Part shown: one piece after another, positions 59,196-64,000 of the stretch | Layout: every line of letters starts with the position of its first letter | Numbering within the stretch: the first letter of the stretch is position 1 | Assembly: GCA_963845065.1 (NCBI GenBank) | Contig: CAWJQQ010000001.1 | Location: 704,001-768,000, forward strand | Source of the DNA: Nitrospirota bacterium | GTDB lineage: Bacteria; Nitrospirota; UBA9217 | Reading direction: 5' to 3' | DNA: 64,000 nt | Notes under the pieces: generated by a model | What the model was told of the DNA's origin: nothing | Databases searched by the model: none | What the model saw: the letters and a program-made list of their open reading frames with translations, nothing else | Translations under genes and position numbers: made by a program

Positions 59196-60440
59196 ATGAA
59201 TAGTTCCTTGCTTTTTAGTATAGCAACATTGTTATATCTCATTGCGATGGTGCTGTACATCGGCTATCTTGCCTTCCGAAAAAACGGCATCGGCCAGTCC
59301 GCAACGGTCGTGACTGTGCTCGGGTTTCTGTTGCAGACCGCAGCCTTACTTCTCCGGTGGCGCGAGTCCTACCAGATGGACATCGGGAGAATACCGCTGT
59401 CCAATCTCTATGAATCGCTTGTATTCTTCACTTGGAGCACCGTGCTGATCTACCTTGTTGTGGAATTCAAATATAAGACAAAGGCTTTCGGCGCTTTCGT
59501 GATGCCCGTCGCGTTCCTTTCGCTTGCGTTCATCAATGTGGCCGGCATCAGCTCCGATATTACGCCCTTGGTACCGGCGCTCAAGAGCAACTGGCTGTTC
59601 TACCACGTGCTCGTGAGTTTCCTCGGCTATGCGGCCTTTGGCGTTGCATTTGCCATCAGTATGGTGTACCTCCTCATGGACATCGAGGAGAAAGGCTCTC
59701 GGTCGAACCTGTACTCTGCACTTGCGGCAACCGTGGTACTGGCCACGATAGGGTACCTTATGGCAAGCCAGGGAGATCGAATGAAGACTGCCTTCTGGTT
59801 GGGACTGGGCGTCTTGATCCTTGCCTGGTTCATCTTCCTCATTGTGGCGGGTGCCCGGAACAAGTCGCAGGTCTTCCTGTTCTGGTCGTTCTGTGTGACT
59901 CTGGCGATCGTCTTGCTGGTGGCCATGGGTATTGATTTTGTCTATTTGATTTCCTTCCAAAATCTGGCAACCGGCGAATCATTTAAAAAGCACATGTTCG
60001 AAGCTACCTTTCTAAATTCGAATTCAGCTGTTATGATCATAAGCTGGCTAGCGGTCCTGGCACTTTTTTATTTTATTTGGTCCAAGGGGATGGGACTCAA
60101 AGGCCTGCTGAAGCCCTACATCCCTGCGCAGAACCAGCTTGATGATGTTACCTACCGCATGATAGCGATCGGATGGCCACTCCTGACCGCTGGAATTATT
60201 ACTGGAGCGGTCTGGGCCAACAGCGCCTGGGGCACCTACTGGAGTTGGGATCCCAAGGAGACCTGGTCGCTCATTACATGGTTCGTTTACGCCATCTATC
60301 TTCACTCCAGGTATGTCCGGGGATGGAAAGGCACACAGATGGCCGTTATTTCTTCCGTCGGGTTTCTGGCGGTCATTTTCACTTACCTAGGGGTCAACCT
60401 GGTTCTTTCTGGTCTGCACTCCTACGGAGGAATGAATTAA
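59196..60440 (+). CDS. ccsB: Cytochrome c biogenesis protein CcsB/ResC (WWD heme-handling family)
   Basis: PLSNLYES, PALKSNWL..HV, GAVWAN.AWGTYWSWDPKETW and GLHSY. Confidence 0.94.
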   Translation: MNSSLLFSIATLLYLIAMVLYIGYLAFRKNGIGQSATVVTVLGFLLQTAALLLRWRESYQMDIGRIPLSNLYESLVFFTWSTVLIYLVVEFKYKTKAFGAFVMPVAFLSLAFINVAGISSDITPLVPALKSNWLFYHVLVSFLGYAAFGVAFAISMVYLLMDIEEKGSRSNLYSALAATVVLATIGYLMASQGDRMKTAFWLGLGVLILAWFIFLIVAGARNKSQVFLFWSFCVTLAIVLLVAMGIDFVYLISFQNLATGESFKKHMFEATFLNSNSAVMIISWLAVLALFYFIWSKGMGLKGLLKPYIPAQNQLDDVTYRMIAIGWPLLTAGIITGAVWANSAWGTYWSWDPKETWSLITWFVYAIYLHSRYVRGWKGTQMAVISSVGFLAVIFTYLGVNLVLSGLHSYGGMN

Positions 60441-60485
60441 CGGAGCAAAATAAATTATTTCCGATAATTGTTTCTTTGTGATCAC

Positions 60486-60521
60486 ACGCCGGCTAACTGA
60501 TATGAGCCGGCGTCGTTTTTT
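60486..60521 (+). terminator. Intrinsic terminator after ccsB
   Basis: acgccggct...agccggcgt followed by a T run. Confidence 0.75.
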
Positions 60522-60661
60522 GAAGTGATCATATCCATTCCCGTTTTTCATTCCGCTCTGTAATATTCGGCCTTCTCTACAGATGTATTGCTCCAGTGCT
60601 AAATTTATAAAAAGAGCGTTGAAGATTAATTTAATTTTAAACTATTACTAGAAGTTCTGTC

Positions 60662-60889
60662 ATGAGAGAATTCCCCTGCAGGAGTTTGGGATATAACTGT
60701 GGATGGAAGCACGTTGCTCGGACTGGAGAACTCTTGATGGATGTAGTAGCAATACATCTGCGGGATATACATGAAATGCCTGATTTGACCCAGGAGATGG
60801 TAAGCAAAATCAAGAATGTCTTCACCAATGGTAAGAACGTCGTATTCCCATCTGAAGCTGAGGAGCCTATTCTCAAAGAGTTTAAGTGA
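60662..60889 (+). CDS. Small metal-binding protein (DUF1059-like)
   Basis: FPCRSLGYNCGW...E.LM.....HLRDIH pattern (C-C-H-H). Confidence 0.75.
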   Translation: MREFPCRSLGYNCGWKHVARTGELLMDVVAIHLRDIHEMPDLTQEMVSKIKNVFTNGKNVVFPSEAEEPILKEFK

Positions 60890-61667
60890 AGTGACCTAGG
60901 CATGAATTGTGGGTTCAGATACATTGCCCAAACTGAGGAGCTGATCAATGACGGCGTATCTTTTCATGCGCGCGAGGTACATGGTATCACAGAATTTACA
61001 TCTGAACTGAAAGTGAAAGTTGCGATTTCTCTCCATACGTGGAAAGGTTAGAGCAAGAACGATCAAACGAGAACTGCAGGGACTTCTTCTTCTGGTGTTG
61101 ACAAACGGCATCCACTAAGGAGCTATGAATTTGCGCGCTTAAACCGTAAAAGCACAGATTTTGAATGCGATAATCGGTGAGGTGTTTTGCTTCAAGACAG
61201 GTTTATTTTATCCGTCTGTTTTTTTAGGTGGGTCATTCTGCAAGAGTTCTTACATATTCTACATTCTGCATATGGTAGAAAATGGAGGAATAGTTCTGGC
61301 AGATGGATAGTTTTTCGCCTTATGTGAAGAGTACACACGAAACCCTGTTCGTAAGCCAGCCGGAGACGTCATTCTTCGTTGTTACTATGATCAGGAGAAA
61401 AGAGATTCCACTATCCTTCCCGATTTCCTCAGGTTCTTCTGCGCATAACTAAATGGCTTGACTACCGTAAACCTTGTTTTCGATAGGGCGTCAAATCGAT
61501 GGCTTCGATCTGAGAGTGTCTGTGGGATTATAGTCGAGGGGGATATTTTAAAGATGTCGTCGTTCTTCGTTGAGGTACGAAGAACCACGGGGAACAGGAT
61601 TAGTAGGACTACCGGGAATTCAATGCATTTTTTTTCATAACAATCTCTCATCAACTAGCTAGGGTTT

Positions 61668-63335
61668 TCATCGGCTGATTGTGACATCCACGCTCTTGTC
61701 GATGGAATAGATGGGATATATTCTGAAGTCCTTTACCCACGGTTGCACCACGAAATAGTCCGCCTTGTGCCACATGAAGACCCATGGAGCATCTTTGATG
61801 ACCCGGTTTTCCGCCTGCCGATAGAGCCGGAAGCGCTGGTGCTCGTCCATGGTGTTTTGAGCTGTTTCGATTAGCCGGTCAAGCTCTGGATCGAGGCAGC
61901 GCGTTCGATTGCCAGTGGATCCTGCGCTCGCTGAATGGAATAGGGGAAACAGAAAATTTTCCGGGTCCGGATAGTCGGCCCACCAGGAGAGCCAGAAAGC
62001 GTTGGGTTCTCCGTCGTTCACCGCTTGTTTAAAGGCGCTCCAGTCGAGCTGTGTTATTTCAGACTTGAGCCCTGACTTTGCGAGATAGTCCTGGATGACT
62101 TCGACGATGTCGAGCACCTCTGGATCAGTAGGTATGTAGATCTTGATCGTTTTCCCTTCGGCTCCTGCCTCCCTGATCAATTCTGTTGCCTTCTGGGGAT
62201 CATAGGCATATCCTTCCGAAGTCTGTGTCCAGACCTTGTTTTTCCACAAGCCTGGAGGAATCGGGCCGGAGGCCAGGACGCCGCGTTTTTCAAAGATTGT
62301 GTTCAGGATGTGCTGGCGATCAATTGCATAGTTCACAGCTCTCCGCACGCGTATATCGTCGAACGGGGGGCGTGTGCAGTTGAGCCCGAGATAGTAAGTA
62401 TTCAATCCCGTCCTTCCATATACGAGATCTCGCCATTGAGGATCAGTAGTATAGCGGTGGTATTCCGATGACGGAATCTCGAGTACGTCGAGCCTGCCGG
62501 TTTCAAATTCCAGCACTGCTGTCAAATCCTCCGGTATGATGCGATAAACGATTCCGTTGAGCTTTGGTTTTCCTTCGAAATAATCCTCCCGCGCGGCAAG
62601 AATCACATGCTGTCCATGCTTCCATTCCATGAGCTCATACGGTCCGCTTCCAGCCGGATGCGTGCCGAAGTCCAGACCCAGCCGTTCCACCTCCTCGCGG
62701 GGAACGACATATGCGGTCGTCATGGCCAGAAGTGATAGGAACGGACCAAAGGGCTTCTCCAGTTTGAGCAAGAGGGTATGGTCGTTTACGACGCTGATAC
62801 CGGACACGCTTTGGGTCTTCCCGGAAAGAACATCTCCGGCACCCTGGATCTTATCGAGAACCCACGTGTGCGGGGCCTTTGTTTGAGGCTGGAGTACGCG
62901 TTCGAAAGAGTACTTAAAATCTTGGGCGGTGACCTTGCGGCCGTTGCCGAACGTGACATCCCGTCGGAGGTGGAACGTGTAGGTCATCTGATCGTTCGAT
63001 AGCTTCCAGGAGCGGGCGATATCAGGGACAATGTCCAAGTTTTCGTTGAAGCGGACCAAGCCATTGAAGAGCTTGGCTGTGATTGCACCTCCCAGAACAT
63101 CGGTGACCAGTGCAGGATCCAGCGTTGTCGGGTTGCTGTTCAGCCTCAGGTAGAGATATCCAGGAAGACGGCCGTCGTCGGAACGATGACATCCCACGGA
63201 AAGAAAAAAAATTAGGATAGAGAGTGTGACGAGAAAAGGCTCGAACGGCTTGCGCGCTACGGTTGTCTTTTGCGAGCTATGATTTTTTTGATGCGTTGAC
63301 GAACGCCACAAATAGTTTCTTGGAATATCGATCAT
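61668..63335 (-). CDS. Peptide/nickel ABC transporter solute-binding lipoprotein (family 5); start uncertain
   Basis: Lipobox SVGC, TLDP, PDIARSW, YTFHLR.DV.F, GSGPY, VRRAVNYAIDR and W.ADYPDP. Confidence 0.92.
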   Translation of the reverse strand: MIDIPRNYLWRSSTHQKNHSSQKTTVARKPFEPFLVTLSILIFFLSVGCHRSDDGRLPGYLYLRLNSNPTTLDPALVTDVLGGAITAKLFNGLVRFNENLDIVPDIARSWKLSNDQMTYTFHLRRDVTFGNGRKVTAQDFKYSFERVLQPQTKAPHTWVLDKIQGAGDVLSGKTQSVSGISVVNDHTLLLKLEKPFGPFLSLLAMTTAYVVPREEVERLGLDFGTHPAGSGPYELMEWKHGQHVILAAREDYFEGKPKLNGIVYRIIPEDLTAVLEFETGRLDVLEIPSSEYHRYTTDPQWRDLVYGRTGLNTYYLGLNCTRPPFDDIRVRRAVNYAIDRQHILNTIFEKRGVLASGPIPPGLWKNKVWTQTSEGYAYDPQKATELIREAGAEGKTIKIYIPTDPEVLDIVEVIQDYLAKSGLKSEITQLDWSAFKQAVNDGEPNAFWLSWWADYPDPENFLFPLFHSASAGSTGNRTRCLDPELDRLIETAQNTMDEHQRFRLYRQAENRVIKDAPWVFMWHKADYFVVQPWVKDFRIYPIYSIDKSVDVTISR

Positions 63336-63987
63336 TGGGTGTTTTTTCCGGGTGCCACTGTACTGCCAGAAGGAACTGTTTTGTCCTTGGTTCAAGAGCT
63401 TCTATCACTTTGTCGTGGGCAACGGCTGATAGATGGAGACCGCGCCCTGGGTTTTTCACGCTCTGGTGGTGCGCACTTCGTACACGGATGCTGGAAACGC
63501 CCATGATGCTCGAGAGTAGGGTACCTTCAAGGATGTTGACATCGTGAAAAACCTTTTCACCGCTGTGTGCAGGACAATGTTCGATTGGGTGACGAATCTG
63601 TTGGGCAATGTCCTGGTATAATTTACCGCCAAGGGCCACGTTAACCAGTTGCGCTCCGTGACAAATGGCCAGAACCGGTTTCTTTGCCATGGTTACAGCT
63701 TTAAAAAGGTTTATCTCGAACCGGGTGCGCTCCTCCGGTGAAAGCGTTAATCGCCCCGTTGGAAGCAGTTTCTCTCGATAAAAAACTGGGTGAATATCGT
63801 CGCCGCCTGTGAACAGGAACCCGTCAAGATGTTTAATGAGGTCTGCGATTGAGTCGTCAATCCCGAGGACAGGCACAGGGATGCCACCAGCTTTAACGAC
63901 CGCTTTCCCGTAGTCTTGATCAAGGATGTTTATACTTCTGGTTGGATGGACCTCCAGGTTCATAGTAATACCGATCAATGGCTTCAT
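63277..63987 (-). CDS. Peptidase C26 / gamma-glutamyl-GABA hydrolase-like glutamine amidotransferase
   Basis: KPLIGI, TGGDDI.P, LAICHGAQL.NVALGG.LYQD, HHQ and VQWHPE. Confidence 0.93.
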   Translation of the reverse strand: MKPLIGITMNLEVHPTRSINILDQDYGKAVVKAGGIPVPVLGIDDSIADLIKHLDGFLFTGGDDIHPVFYREKLLPTGRLTLSPEERTRFEINLFKAVTMAKKPVLAICHGAQLVNVALGGKLYQDIAQQIRHPIEHCPAHSGEKVFHDVNILEGTLLSSIMGVSSIRVRSAHHQSVKNPGRGLHLSAVAHDKVIEALEPRTKQFLLAVQWHPEKTPNDRYSKKLFVAFVNASKKS

Positions 63988-64000
63988 GTGTATACCCCCG

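Noticed and set aside
60890..61660. Small ORFs 60896-61111, 61391-61654 and 61458-61640, or an sRNA
   Set aside because: No recognisable motifs, RBS or convincing promoter-terminator pair were found.
1..64000. CRISPR array or cas operon
   Set aside because: No short direct repeats with unique spacers were seen. The PD-(D/E)XK domains belong to AddAB and the DinG fusion, and the TnpBs are broken.

Overview
A 64-kb bacterial chromosomal window from a probably anaerobic, outer-membrane-bearing organism. Gene content and order suggest Nitrospirota or Desulfobacterota, but this is inference only. The first ~10 kb is accessory DNA. It holds two divergent lipoprotein genes made of Big_2 (Lig/invasin-like) Ig repeats plus a C-terminal FN3-like domain. 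These genes share a 768-bp inverted repeat (1921-2688 / 8827-9594) that flanks a ~6.1-kb segment, so an inversion would swap their variable C-terminal tips. The left gene sits behind a c-di-GMP-I/GEMM riboswitch with adenine at the position equivalent to Vc2 G20, the signature of 3',3'-cGAMP sensors. The inner segment also has a decayed IS605/TnpB element and an IS481-like transposase. The rest is mostly housekeeping: nuclease-DinG helicase, surE-pcm, nfu, rnfCDGEAB, gcvH-lpdA, a TnpB pseudogene, an OM beta-barrel, a second Lpd-like flavoprotein, a PAS-PAS-GGDEF, addAB, fdx-trxA-tlpA, tRNA-Gly(CCC), cobUTSC, TPP riboswitch-thiSGEC-M23-thiD, rph, iclR, larE, purD, nif3, purE, DUF89, tsaC, PIN-PhoH, a VKOR-Trx-like protein, resB-ccsB, an ABC solute-binding protein and a C26 peptidase. 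There are four IS200/IS605-type remnants and several pseudogenes. No CRISPR array was seen. All calls come from reading motifs by eye; no database searches were run.
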